DNA of 64,000 nt. Origin: Escherichia phage vB_EcoP_DE5. The number at the start of each line of letters is the position of its first letter. Position 1 is the first letter of the stretch. The translations under genes were made by a program, and so were the position numbers. This document shows, piece by piece, positions 46,815 to 57,304 of this stretch. The notes beneath the pieces were generated by a model. That model saw nothing but the letters and a program-made list of their open reading frames with translations. It made no database searches and had not been told where the DNA came from. The stretch is taken from the sequence record MW741821.1. One strand, written 5' to 3'.

Positions 46815-47567
46815 ATGGCAATGCCAGATGTTCAATACCCCATCAATACCTATGGGTGGCTAAAGAAGGCCGTGGCCCTCTGGGCAGATAGGGACGATGA
46901 CGAATTTGTTAATCAAATTCCAAACTTTATTAACTTTGCAGAGAAAGAGATTTATCGTAACTTACGTATCCCTCCTCTGGAAAAAGAAGTGTATTTAGAT
47001 ATTAAAGATGGAGTAGCTTACATTCCTCCTGATTACTTAGAAGCTCAATGGATGATGAGAGCCAAAGATGGTACAATCTTCCAAGTAACATCTCCTGAAG
47101 AGATTAGCTATCGTAGACAGCATGGAACAATTAACCCATCTCATTGGAATAACCAACCTGTTAATTTTGCTCGTTTCGGTAGTCGTTTCATTTTCTACCC
47201 TAGCATTGAAGCAGATACTCCTGTTTATCCTGATGATGGAAGTCCTTTGATTCCAGCAGAAAACTCAGTAATTCTTAGCTATTATGCAGATCCACCGGAA
47301 TTCCATGAAGATACAGATACTAGTACTATTCTCACTATCGCACCAGAGCTTCTTCTGTATTTCACCCTACGTCATGCTTGTCTGTTTGTTCAAGATGATA
47401 ATGGAGTTCAGAAATGGTCCGCATTAGGAAAAGCTATCCTTGATGAAATGGTAGAGCAGAATAAGAAACAAGAGTACTCAGGTTCACCTATCGCAATTCC
47501 GAATAACATGACTCGACTTCAGAGCAGCTTGCCTGATATTTATGGTATTCGTACTTCTCGTGTATAA
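46815..47567 (+). CDS. virion structural protein (function unassigned)
   Basis: 250 aa between capsid and tail-fibre genes. Confidence 0.45.
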   Translation: MAMPDVQYPINTYGWLKKAVALWADRDDDEFVNQIPNFINFAEKEIYRNLRIPPLEKEVYLDIKDGVAYIPPDYLEAQWMMRAKDGTIFQVTSPEEISYRRQHGTINPSHWNNQPVNFARFGSRFIFYPSIEADTPVYPDDGSPLIPAENSVILSYYADPPEFHEDTDTSTILTIAPELLLYFTLRHACLFVQDDNGVQKWSALGKAILDEMVEQNKKQEYSGSPIAIPNNMTRLQSSLPDIYGIRTSRV

Positions 47568-47576
47568 GGAGATAAT

Positions 47577-50354
47577 ATGATCGTTTATAATAACCAAGCA
47601 CCTGATGCAGTGAATAACGTTGGGCAGTTTGGTGCTACTGAAGGCTCTATCGGAGCTTACAAGCAAGCGGCAGAATATGCAGCTGACTCTAAATATTGGG
47701 CACTGTTAGCAGAATCTAAGTTTGGTACAATTGATGATTTAATTGCTGAAGTAGAACGTCTGTATCAACAGGGTGTTCTGATGAAGCAAGACATTGAAGA
47801 TCTTAAGCAGGACTTTAAAGATCAAGATGCTCGTCTGATGAGCTTGATTGCTCAGACTAATGCGGCAGTATCTGATGCAAATAACGCAGTCGCCCTGATT
47901 AACCAAAAACTCATTGAAGTCCAGAAGCAGCTTGATGTTCTGTTAGGAATGTCTGTTGATGTAACAACCCTCCCTCCGGGAACTCCGGCTACTGGTTCTT
48001 TTAATCCTAACACTGGTGTAATCTCTTTAGGTATTCCAGAAGGTGATCCCGGAAAAGATGGTTCTGTTAAGGATTTGGATACAGCACCTACTGGTGTTCC
48101 AGAGCTAGGTGATTTAGGTTTCTATGTTGACAAAGATGACAACACCGTCCACAAAACTACTCTAGATAACATTGCTAACTTAATCCCATCTGTTCGTTCT
48201 GTATCTATTAACGGAGGTCCAGCTCTTGATGGAGAGGTTGCTCTAACACTTAACAAAGAGACGGTAGGTTTAGGAAATGTTCTGAACGTTGCTCAGTACA
48301 GTCGTCAAGAGATTAATGACAAATTTGACAAAACTACCAAGACATACCAATCAAAAGCAGAAGCTGATGCTGATGCTCAGTATCGTCAAGTAGGTGAGAA
48401 AGTTTTAGTTTGGGAAGCTACTAAGTATGAATTCTATACTGTTGCTGCTAACAAGACATTAACTCCTGTTAAAACTGAAGGTAGAATCCTTACTGTTAAC
48501 TCTCGTTCTCCAGACTCAAGTGGTAACATTGATATCACGATTCCAACAGGAAACCCGTCTCTGTATCTTGGTGAGATGGTGATGTTCCCTTATGACCCAG
48601 CTAAGAATATCTCATATCCGGGGGTTCTCCCTGCTGATGGTCGTCTGGTATCAAAAGAGTCTGCTCTAGATTTAGGTCCATCACTTGTTAGTGGTCAGCT
48701 TCCTGTGGTCTCTGAAACAGAGTGGCAGGCTGGTGCTCGTCAGTATTTCTCTTGGGGTAAGTTAGCAGATGGAGTCACTGATGCAGATTCTACTAACTTT
48801 ATAAGTATCCGACTCCCTGACTGGACTGGTGGTGAAGCTATCAGATCTCCTGATTCAGATAAGGATGCTAATTACAAGGGTCGTGTTCAATCTCAGATTC
48901 CTTACATTGTAACCGTAAACGGAAAAGCTCCTGATGATGCTAATGGTAACGTAGTTCTCACAGCTGCTAATGTTGGTGCAGCAGCGTCCGGAGCAAATTC
49001 AGATATCACCTCACTCAGTGGACTAACTACTCCCTTATCTGTCACTCAGGGTGGTACAGGTGTTACTGATATAGGAGGTTTGCGTAGAGCGGCATTGGTT
49101 CAGGGTGTAGAATGTAATGACCAAACAGGACCAGATAGCTACAACAGTTTCCACTCCCCTAATACTCAATATGCATGGAAGATAACCAACTCTGGTGTGG
49201 CTCAAACAATTAAAGTTTCCGATGGGTCTGCTGTTCCTATACCTATAGGTTCTGGGGGTACAGGGGCTACCTCTGCTTACGATGCTCGTATTTCTTTAGG
49301 TTTGGGCAGATTCCGGGAAGAGGGTGTGGAAACTAAAACCTACTCCCCTGATTTTGGAACGTACATATACATCAATGATACATCTTGGGGTTGCTATAAC
49401 ACGACGAGAGGTACAGTACCTTTAGGAACTGTTCAAGGGGGTACTGGAGCAATAACAGAAGCTGGGGCTCGTGTTAATCTGAAAGTAGATAAACTTGTTC
49501 AGAGTTCAACTGACACTAAACTTTTAGATGGTTCAGGAGATCACACATTCTTTATAGCTGGGGATGATTGGGGGTATTTCAATAATTCAGATTCTTCCAG
49601 AATTGCCCTACCGGTAATAAGTGGTGGTACAGGAGGGAAGACTCCAGAAGAAGGCTGTGAAAAGTTAGCGGCAATGCATTATCAGCATAGTCAATCAACA
49701 TACTATGGTAGTGATGCTTTGCCGACCGGTATTGGGTTCTACAGTCAAGACACTTCACCATTCCCTGGCGGTAACGGAGGCCCTTACTCATATGCAGAAA
49801 TAATGACTATTGCTGAAGGTGGTCGTGGAGGTAACTGGTCTCAAATAGGTTTCTCTACTATTACGAACCAAGCCCCTCGTTATAGACAAAGGACTAGTGA
49901 CCCTTCTTTAATCACAAACTGGCGTGACTTCTTAATAAGAGATTTGAACACTACCGTAGATGTTAATGGTTTTGTTAAGATTGCATCACCTATAGTCAAA
50001 CTAAAATCTGATGGTTCTTCTGAAGTTAATGACCAAGCCCAAGGAGTAACAACCGAAAGGCTAGATGTTGGTGTTTACAAGATATCTGGGACTTTAGGGT
50101 TTAACTCGGATGCATCTTGGGGTGGTATCGAAGGTGGTTTTTCTATTCCACAAAACTCCAATGGTTTACCTCTTCTTTGGGTTGACTTTGAAGTTGATGA
50201 AGAAGGTGATATTACTCTGAAAACTTACCATCGGACTCATGAGGGAGTTCCTTCTTTTGCTAGTAATGTAATAGAGGGTGTGGCAGATGGGGAACCTATC
50301 GATATCCCTGTTGGAAGATGGATTGATCTTCGTGTTGAAATGCCTTCTAAATGA
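47577..50354 (+). CDS. tail fibre/tail protein with repeated GGTG motifs
   Basis: 925 aa; repeated QGGTGV/SGGTGA/QGGTGA/SGGTGG segments typical of fibre shafts. Confidence 0.55.
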   Translation: MIVYNNQAPDAVNNVGQFGATEGSIGAYKQAAEYAADSKYWALLAESKFGTIDDLIAEVERLYQQGVLMKQDIEDLKQDFKDQDARLMSLIAQTNAAVSDANNAVALINQKLIEVQKQLDVLLGMSVDVTTLPPGTPATGSFNPNTGVISLGIPEGDPGKDGSVKDLDTAPTGVPELGDLGFYVDKDDNTVHKTTLDNIANLIPSVRSVSINGGPALDGEVALTLNKETVGLGNVLNVAQYSRQEINDKFDKTTKTYQSKAEADADAQYRQVGEKVLVWEATKYEFYTVAANKTLTPVKTEGRILTVNSRSPDSSGNIDITIPTGNPSLYLGEMVMFPYDPAKNISYPGVLPADGRLVSKESALDLGPSLVSGQLPVVSETEWQAGARQYFSWGKLADGVTDADSTNFISIRLPDWTGGEAIRSPDSDKDANYKGRVQSQIPYIVTVNGKAPDDANGNVVLTAANVGAAASGANSDITSLSGLTTPLSVTQGGTGVTDIGGLRRAALVQGVECNDQTGPDSYNSFHSPNTQYAWKITNSGVAQTIKVSDGSAVPIPIGSGGTGATSAYDARISLGLGRFREEGVETKTYSPDFGTYIYINDTSWGCYNTTRGTVPLGTVQGGTGAITEAGARVNLKVDKLVQSSTDTKLLDGSGDHTFFIAGDDWGYFNNSDSSRIALPVISGGTGGKTPEEGCEKLAAMHYQHSQSTYYGSDALPTGIGFYSQDTSPFPGGNGGPYSYAEIMTIAEGGRGGNWSQIGFSTITNQAPRYRQRTSDPSLITNWRDFLIRDLNTTVDVNGFVKIASPIVKLKSDGSSEVNDQAQGVTTERLDVGVYKISGTLGFNSDASWGGIEGGFSIPQNSNGLPLLWVDFEVDEEGDITLKTYHRTHEGVPSFASNVIEGVADGEPIDIPVGRWIDLRVEMPSK

Positions 50355-50394
50355 AACAAGAATGCTCCCTTCGGGGAGCTTTAAGGAGAAATAA

Positions 50395-52587
50395 ATGTCT
50401 AGAGAATTAATGCCCAAATCTGGCATAATGATGCCTCACGTAGTTGTGACCAGAGATGCGGCTGTTGTTGGTGTTTCTACAGTAGATGGACAGGCCGGGG
50501 CTATTGACCTCACTGGAAAGTATTTACAGAAAACCGATGCGGCTGCTACATATCAGACTAAAACAGAGGGAGCATCTAAAGACTACGTATTAGATTCAAT
50601 TCAACCTCTTATGTCTAGTGCTCTGTTCCGAGAAGATCCTTGGGTTGTGAACGACACACCTTTCCGCTCTACTGGAGCTAACGGTGTAGAGTCAGTGGAT
50701 ATGATGAAGGTCACTCCTGATAACTCAATTAAGATTGGTAGTTATGCTTCTTCCGTTCAAGGTGTAGAGATTCACTCTGCTGGTCGTCTTCAGGTTGTTG
50801 ACCAGAATGATTCTGGAGTAGAAACTAAGTATCCAGTTTATTCTAAACGCTACCGCCCAGAGATTGAAGATTTACCTTTTGCTGCGATTGGTTCTTATGT
50901 TAAAGACTCCAAAGGTCGTACTGTTGGGGTTACTCGTACAGGGATTAACTCTGATATCAAACAGCTCACGCAGAAGGTGACTTTCACTCAACCAGTTACT
51001 GTTCCTGATGCAGTTGGAGACTATGATGCAGTTACTTTGAGACAGCTTCGTAATAGTGGTGGTGGTTCTGGTGGTCCTGGTGGTCCTACAATGAGTGGCA
51101 TTTCTAACTTTGGGATTGGGGATTTTCATTTACGTGATAGTCGTGCTTTCATCCCAGCTTTTGAGGTGGTGTCTGATGGTCAACTCCTTGAGCGTGCTGC
51201 CTATCCTGACTTATGGGCGTACGCTCAACTTCTTACACCCATCTCTGATTCAGAGTGGCTTGCTAATGTAGAAAATAGGGGTAAATATTCTACAGGTGAT
51301 GGTTCTACGACCTTCCGTGTCCCAGACCGAAATGGTGTTCAGAGTGGGTCTGTTCCGGGACTGTTTGGTCGCGGTGACGGTGGGGATAGTGCTCTAAATG
51401 GGATAGTGCGTAGCAACGCCGCGCCGAACATTACTGGTGCTCTGGGTGCATCCATGACTACCCTGTACGATGCTCCAGATACAACAGGTACGGGTGCAAT
51501 AGTTCCAGCCCCTATAGTTATAACCGAATATAAATTAGATAGTACGGGTACTGCAAGACTAAACTACAGGCTCAACCTTAATATTGATGCCAGCCTATCC
51601 AATGCGGCATACGGTCGTGACGGCACCGCAGAGGTCCGACCCAATGCTTTCACCGGGGTCTGGACTATTCGTGCTCATGGTGGATTTGTTGCTGCTAATA
51701 CTTCTTGGTCTGTTATCAATAGTGACACCGCCCGGCCTTCGAATGGAACGAAAGTTTCCAGTGGGTCGGTTGTCTCTGAGTATAGAATCGGTTCAGAGGT
51801 GGAAGCTTCTACTACCCTCAAAACTGATGCCTACATCAACGGAGCTTACTATGGAATCATTGACGTCTACAATAAAACTAAAGGAGTTACCAAGCAGTTA
51901 GCTTTCGACGATTCTGGTACACTGAATTCTGATAGGTATGTTGCTAGATTTGGCACTTTGATGTCTTGGAGTGAAACAGGAGCTAGGAAAGGAACATTCT
52001 CTATGGATAACCAAGGGATAGGGTCTAACTACTCATTCAACTCTATACTAAGTGCATCACAAGCATCCAATGGAGGGTACAAGACTACAACTCACGTTGG
52101 TATGATTCACAATGACGCCGGAACTTTTGCCGACTCTTGCTGGCACGTTGCAGGGGATGAAAATAACCAATATGGTTGTCGTCTAACCCTTCGACCAAAC
52201 AGGAATGAGATTTTCTATTATACTTGGCAACCCAGCTCTACTGGAACATACACTCTTGCTCTGAATCCTGTGTCAGATGAAAGATTAAAACATGATATCC
52301 AAGATGTATCTCCTGAGAAAGCTATCAAGGCTATCAAAGGGTTGGATTTCAAATCATTTGTGTATAACAACGATGAACAAGGAAGAACTCGTCGTGGTAT
52401 TATCGCACAGCAAGCAGAAAAGGTAGAACCTCTTTATGTTAAGACTCGTAGGTTCCATGACAACGATGGTGTAGAGCAAGAACAGAAAGAGCTAGACTCA
52501 GCTCCTATGCTCCTTGATACTATGCAGGTTGTTCAAGACCTTCTGAAACGTATTGAAGTTCTGGAATCGAAGTTAGCAGAGAAGTAA
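50395..52587 (+). CDS. tail fibre/spike with C-terminal intramolecular chaperone (peptidase S74-like) domain
   Basis: 730 aa; C-terminus DERLKHDIQDV...KAIKGLDFKSF...RRGIIAQQAEKVEPLYV. Confidence 0.65.
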   Translation: MSRELMPKSGIMMPHVVVTRDAAVVGVSTVDGQAGAIDLTGKYLQKTDAAATYQTKTEGASKDYVLDSIQPLMSSALFREDPWVVNDTPFRSTGANGVESVDMMKVTPDNSIKIGSYASSVQGVEIHSAGRLQVVDQNDSGVETKYPVYSKRYRPEIEDLPFAAIGSYVKDSKGRTVGVTRTGINSDIKQLTQKVTFTQPVTVPDAVGDYDAVTLRQLRNSGGGSGGPGGPTMSGISNFGIGDFHLRDSRAFIPAFEVVSDGQLLERAAYPDLWAYAQLLTPISDSEWLANVENRGKYSTGDGSTTFRVPDRNGVQSGSVPGLFGRGDGGDSALNGIVRSNAAPNITGALGASMTTLYDAPDTTGTGAIVPAPIVITEYKLDSTGTARLNYRLNLNIDASLSNAAYGRDGTAEVRPNAFTGVWTIRAHGGFVAANTSWSVINSDTARPSNGTKVSSGSVVSEYRIGSEVEASTTLKTDAYINGAYYGIIDVYNKTKGVTKQLAFDDSGTLNSDRYVARFGTLMSWSETGARKGTFSMDNQGIGSNYSFNSILSASQASNGGYKTTTHVGMIHNDAGTFADSCWHVAGDENNQYGCRLTLRPNRNEIFYYTWQPSSTGTYTLALNPVSDERLKHDIQDVSPEKAIKAIKGLDFKSFVYNNDEQGRTRRGIIAQQAEKVEPLYVKTRRFHDNDGVEQEQKELDSAPMLLDTMQVVQDLLKRIEVLESKLAEK

Positions 52588-52656
52588 GATAAGCCCCTTC
52601 GGGGGCTTTAGTAGTAAGTACCCTTAGTAAGTAATGAAACTAATATATCCCAAGAG

Positions 52657-52668
52657 GTTAATATATAG
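52657..52668 (+). promoter_or_regulatory. TAATGTATA-like element (TTAATATATAGG)
   Basis: One-mismatch variant immediately upstream of 52680 ORF. Confidence 0.3.
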
Positions 52669-52679
52669 GAGACACTCAA

Positions 52680-52898
52680 ATGAAAATGATGAAACAAGCT
52701 GCATATGGTTTAATATGTTTAGGCGCAGGTGTTGTGGTATCCACCGCAGTTCCTGTAGGCGCAGTTCATCCATTAGTAACTGTCCCTGCTCCAGTAGAGA
52801 AGCTCAGCTCTCAATGTAAGCAGAGAACAATTCAAAATAACTTAGTTGTTATTTGCCCTGATGCTGAATCTAACGCTCTGAGAAAGATACTACCTTAA
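52680..52898 (+). CDS. small membrane protein, lysis-associated candidate (holin/spanin-like)
   Basis: 72 aa with N-terminal hydrophobic segment, directly upstream of lysozyme. Confidence 0.4.
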   Translation: MKMMKQAAYGLICLGAGVVVSTAVPVGAVHPLVTVPAPVEKLSSQCKQRTIQNNLVVICPDAESNALRKILP

Positions 52899-52926
52899 TT
52901 TAAAGGGACTACAAAGGAGGTTAGAA

Positions 52927-53418
52927 ATGGATAACGTCGCATTGCCACCTGTACAACTAAACTTAAGCCCAGCTGGAATGGAATTCATCATGAAGCATGA
53001 GGGTATGAGAACAAAGGCTTATAAAGATTCCGCAGGTATCTGGACTATATGTGTAGGGGCTACGCGCGATATGAATGGTTATCCGGTTAGACAAGGATTA
53101 ACGTATTCTATAGAGGATTGTCTAGCTCTGCTAGATAGAGACACACAAGACTCTGTTCGTGCTACTCAGAAGAACATAAAGGTTCCTTTACTAGTTCATG
53201 AGTTTGATGCCCTCACTTCTTTCAACTTCAATGTTGGCAGTGGGGCTTTGAGCACATCTAAGTTAAGGAAGGTAATCAATGGAGATGTTAAGGGGGATGT
53301 TTATTCCGAATTTCTTCGTTGGGATAAAATAACGGTCAAGGGAGAGAAGCAGAGAAGTCAGGGTCTTCATAATAGAAGAGTTGCAGAAGCTAATCTTTAC
53401 ACCGAAGGTAAATATTAA
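52927..53418 (+). CDS. lysozyme (GH24, T4-lysozyme-like), probable endolysin
   Basis: 163 aa; FIMKHEGMRTKAYKDSAGIWTICVGAT matches the GH24 catalytic block. Confidence 0.75.
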   Translation: MDNVALPPVQLNLSPAGMEFIMKHEGMRTKAYKDSAGIWTICVGATRDMNGYPVRQGLTYSIEDCLALLDRDTQDSVRATQKNIKVPLLVHEFDALTSFNFNVGSGALSTSKLRKVINGDVKGDVYSEFLRWDKITVKGEKQRSQGLHNRRVAEANLYTEGKY

Positions 53419-53430
53419 TGGAGGTGCCTT

Positions 53431-54234
53431 TTGGCTATCGAAACTAATGCGGTAGTTATTACCGACTTAAACCCGCTCTATCCTAGAGACAGGGATTACA
53501 TCTACGAAGGGGCGGCTCAAATCCGCCTCATTAAACAAACGTTACAGAACACATTCCCCAATGTCACAGAACCAGTTGATATTGATTCTGACACTTTTAA
53601 GATTATGTCAGAGAAGCTTAAGTTTACTGGTGATGCAATGGATGTTGGCGGTCTAATGATTAAGAACGTCACTCCGGGAACTGGTGACAAAGATGTTGTT
53701 ACTAAAGGTCAGATGGAAGCGTTCATGAAGAACTGGATGGAGAATAAAGTATTCCGTATCGGCGCTTACTATATCACTGAAGAAGATATTAACCCCGGTG
53801 ATTCCATCTCCTTAGGGTTTGGCTCTTGGGCTAAAGTGACTGGTGTTATCATGGGTACTGGTGTAGTAAACCCTGATGGTTCTGTCCCTAATGCTCAGAG
53901 AGTTGAGTTCCAAGCAGGTGGTACTGGTGGTCGTGTCTTCAATACTATTCGAACTGAGAACGTACCTTTGATGACAGTTAATGGCTCCAGCTTCTCTCTA
54001 TCCAGTAATACTCACAGTCACAACATGGTATTTGGTCGTGGAGATGCTAGTGGTCATAACAGCTCGCCAAACTGGTATAGTCCGGGTGGTGGATACAGTC
54101 AGAGAACTGATAATGATACTCACACTCATACAATCTCTGGTAGTGTAAGTCTTGGTCGTGATGATATCTCTCGTCAACCTATTAACACTTTGCCACCATT
54201 CAGAGCAGCTCACATTTGGAGACGTATTAGCTAA
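53431..54234 (+). CDS. virion structural protein
   Basis: 267 aa in structural operon. Confidence 0.45.
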   Translation: MAIETNAVVITDLNPLYPRDRDYIYEGAAQIRLIKQTLQNTFPNVTEPVDIDSDTFKIMSEKLKFTGDAMDVGGLMIKNVTPGTGDKDVVTKGQMEAFMKNWMENKVFRIGAYYITEEDINPGDSISLGFGSWAKVTGVIMGTGVVNPDGSVPNAQRVEFQAGGTGGRVFNTIRTENVPLMTVNGSSFSLSSNTHSHNMVFGRGDASGHNSSPNWYSPGGGYSQRTDNDTHTHTISGSVSLGRDDISRQPINTLPPFRAAHIWRRIS

Positions 54235-54243
54235 GGAGGAATT

Positions 54244-57200
54244 ATGGCGCTGTATCCAATAAAGTCGCTAGGTGCTGTAGGCGTTATCGCTGATCAGGCT
54301 CCGACAGACTTAGCTCCTAATGCTTTCACTAATGCTATAAATGCTCGATTTGTTGAGCAGAGAGTCTTTAAGACGGGGGGCAATGCCCCTCTTTCTTATG
54401 TAGATGAAGATAAGGATTTAACCCCTCTGTCTTTCGTTTCTATGCCTTTCGATTATTATAGCGCAGGTAATAGCTTTCTTGTTGTAGGTACAAATAAGAA
54501 GTTATATAAACTGACAGATGAAAGCTTGACTGATATTAGCCGTAAGGTTGCTACAGTCACTAAGAAGGCTTCTGCCTCAATTAAGATTTATCCAGTTGTT
54601 TCTCAGATCGTTCCTAAAGAATCAACTATCTCAATGAACTTCAATCAGACCAAGAATCTAGAGGTTTCTCTTCTCCCTGCTGATGCTAATAATACTGATC
54701 TTATTTGGGAGGTTAGTAACTCAGCCTATGGAAGTATTACGGTAGACCCTAGTGACTCTAAACTTGCTACTCTAACATCTTTTGAGAAAGAGGGTAATCT
54801 TGTAGTAACTATCTCTACTGCCAATGAATCCGTAGTGGCTCAGATTGCTGTTAATATCATAGATGGTGATTCAGGCATCTTCTTGAGTCAAGATACTGTT
54901 ACAATTCGTAAGGGAGGGACTACTACTCTCACGGCTGTTACTGGCAAGACTCCTGTAACTTGGTCCAGCAGTAACGCTTCTATTGTATCCGTAACTCCTA
55001 ACGCCAACTCTTTAACTGCTGTCATTACAGCGAATGGAGAAGGTAATGTAACAATCACTGCTGACAACGGAACTAAGACTGCTTCTTGTGAGATTGTTTC
55101 TATCCCTCAGATTGATAGTATCTCTTTAAGCCAGTCAGATGTTACTGTGAGTAGAGGTTCTCAGTATATCTTAACTGCTACCCTTTCTCCTGCTAACGCC
55201 CCTAATCAAAATATTACTTGGACCTCTTCTAATCCAAATATTGCAACAGTATCAGGGACTAGCACACAAGGGACGATCAACGCTCTACTTGCTGGTTTTA
55301 CTGAGATTACAGCTACCACTGAAGAAGGTAACAGAGTTGCTGTCTGTACTGTACGTGTGGACTTAGCTGGAAGGACAATGAGAACAAGTGCTATGGCATT
55401 TGCCGCTCCTGTATCAGAGTCAGTAGAAACTCAAGAGGAAGAAGTAGTAACTCCTCCTGAAAGTGAAGAGACGGTTTATTTTGCTGAGCCTACATCCGGT
55501 ATTGATACGTCAGGGATGTACGAAGGTAATAACTTCTATGACTACTCTAACGTGAATGACATTGAAGGTTTTGCAAGAGCTTCTTTACTGGCAACCCCTT
55601 TGTCATCTGTAACCTTAGATGTTGTCAGCGCCTCACTTGATGTTGGTGAAGAGATTGTTATCACAGCTACAGCTTCTCCAGAAGGTGATTATTCTTATCA
55701 GTGGTCTGTTGATAAGACTGGTTATGTTTCTACAACTTCAGTCACTGGTAAATCTATCAAACTGGTTGCTCTTCGTAAAGGAGAGATTAACGTAACATGT
55801 ACTGTCAGTCAGATGACTCAGAAGGATTACGATGCTTTTGATGATTATCCTTGGTATCACGCTGTTATCTCTAACTGTGCAGTTGCTACAACTCACTATG
55901 AAACTCCTCAGGTAAAAGAATTCGAATCAGAATACTTTGTAGATCTTCCGGGATGGGGTGAGCAAACAGTTGTCGATAATGACGGGAACCCTTCAGTCAA
56001 GAAGTTTAACTGGAAATGTGAAAGAGTAAGATCTTTTAACAACCGTCTTTTTGCTCTAAACATGAGAGAGGCTAACGCTTCTGGTGTTACCACTAACTAC
56101 CCGCTTCGTCTTCGTTGGTCTAACTTTGCCAATGAGAATAAGGCTCCTACACTGTGGGATGACTTTGCCTATGATCGAGTTGTGTCTTCGGACTTAGCTT
56201 CTAACATCGTAGGGCAGACTCAGGCTCTAGAGAATGGATATGCTGGTTACATTGACCTAGCCGATTCTAATGGTAGCTTGATTGATATCCTACCTCTTAA
56301 AGACTACTTGTTCGTTTATACAGAGTTTGAAACGTATATTGGTTCTCCGACTAATAACACGTACCAACCTCTAATGTTCAAGAAGCTCTTTAACGACTCT
56401 GGTATCCTCGCTCCCGAGTGTGTGGTTGAAGTAGAAGGTAGTCACTTCGTAGTTACTCAGAACGATGTAATCTTACACAATGGTGCAACCAAGAAGTCAA
56501 TTGCATCTAACCGTGTTAAGAACATGCTGATTAATGAGGTGTGTCTGGTTAACCCTCTAGCAACTCGAGTACACTTGCATCAGGATAAGAAAGAAGTTTG
56601 GGTTCTGTACGTAGGTCCGGGAGAACCAAAAGAAAGCTTCGCTTGTACTAAAGCTGCTGTATGGAATTATGAGTTTGATACTTGGTCTTTCCGTACTATC
56701 CCATATGCTCAGTGTATTGGTCTGGTTGATCCTCCTGTTTTAGAAAGAGGTCCAATCTGGTCTGACTTCCAAGAAATCACTTGGGATGACCCATCTATTA
56801 AAGAACTCGTTTGGAGAAAGGATGCAACAAACTTTAGACAGAGGGTTACGATAGTAGGTTCATTCTTGAAGGGATTCTATCAAGTGGATGTAGGTGCTCT
56901 TGATTACTTCTATGACAGGCTAAATGATGTTGTTATAGAGAAGCCTCTGGAAATGAGGTTAGAGAGGACTGGTATAGATTTTGATAATGTGACGAATGAG
57001 TGGAATCAGAAGCATATTAACAGATTCCGACCTCAGACAACTGGCTCGGGTACTTACATATTTGAAGCTGGTGGTAGTCAATTCTCAAATGAATATGGAC
57101 ACCCACACACATCTAAGACATATACGATCGGTGTTGACAGGCACGTCTCGGTGAGACTGAACCATCCATACCTTTTCTATAATGTTATAGATAATGATGT

Positions 57201-57261
57201 TAACAGTAATGCTGCTATCAATGGTTTAACGATAGAGTTTGCTGTTGGCGGGCGGAGATAA
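54244..57261 (+). CDS. large structural protein with tandem Ig-like (Big_2) domains
   Basis: 1005 aa; several repeats of the ...TxTATxxPxxATNxxxxWxSSNxxIATV... pattern. Confidence 0.55.
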   Translation: MALYPIKSLGAVGVIADQAPTDLAPNAFTNAINARFVEQRVFKTGGNAPLSYVDEDKDLTPLSFVSMPFDYYSAGNSFLVVGTNKKLYKLTDESLTDISRKVATVTKKASASIKIYPVVSQIVPKESTISMNFNQTKNLEVSLLPADANNTDLIWEVSNSAYGSITVDPSDSKLATLTSFEKEGNLVVTISTANESVVAQIAVNIIDGDSGIFLSQDTVTIRKGGTTTLTAVTGKTPVTWSSSNASIVSVTPNANSLTAVITANGEGNVTITADNGTKTASCEIVSIPQIDSISLSQSDVTVSRGSQYILTATLSPANAPNQNITWTSSNPNIATVSGTSTQGTINALLAGFTEITATTEEGNRVAVCTVRVDLAGRTMRTSAMAFAAPVSESVETQEEEVVTPPESEETVYFAEPTSGIDTSGMYEGNNFYDYSNVNDIEGFARASLLATPLSSVTLDVVSASLDVGEEIVITATASPEGDYSYQWSVDKTGYVSTTSVTGKSIKLVALRKGEINVTCTVSQMTQKDYDAFDDYPWYHAVISNCAVATTHYETPQVKEFESEYFVDLPGWGEQTVVDNDGNPSVKKFNWKCERVRSFNNRLFALNMREANASGVTTNYPLRLRWSNFANENKAPTLWDDFAYDRVVSSDLASNIVGQTQALENGYAGYIDLADSNGSLIDILPLKDYLFVYTEFETYIGSPTNNTYQPLMFKKLFNDSGILAPECVVEVEGSHFVVTQNDVILHNGATKKSIASNRVKNMLINEVCLVNPLATRVHLHQDKKEVWVLYVGPGEPKESFACTKAAVWNYEFDTWSFRTIPYAQCIGLVDPPVLERGPIWSDFQEITWDDPSIKELVWRKDATNFRQRVTIVGSFLKGFYQVDVGALDYFYDRLNDVVIEKPLEMRLERTGIDFDNVTNEWNQKHINRFRPQTTGSGTYIFEAGGSQFSNEYGHPHTSKTYTIGVDRHVSVRLNHPYLFYNVIDNDVNSNAAINGLTIEFAVGGRR

Positions 57262-57267
57262 CAACAA

Positions 57268-57294
57268 GGGGCTTCGTGCCCCTTTTATTGTTTT
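57268..57294 (+). terminator. Rho-independent terminator
   Basis: Hairpin GGGGC-UUCGU-GCCCC followed by UUUUAUUGUUUU. Confidence 0.6.
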
Positions 57295-57304
57295 GGAGGA
57301 ACTT

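Noticed and set aside
50352-52610. GC-rich TTCG-loop hairpins after the 925-aa and 730-aa tail genes as terminators
   Set aside because: Both form good stems but are followed by only two or three U residues; more likely RNA-stability elements or weak pause sites.
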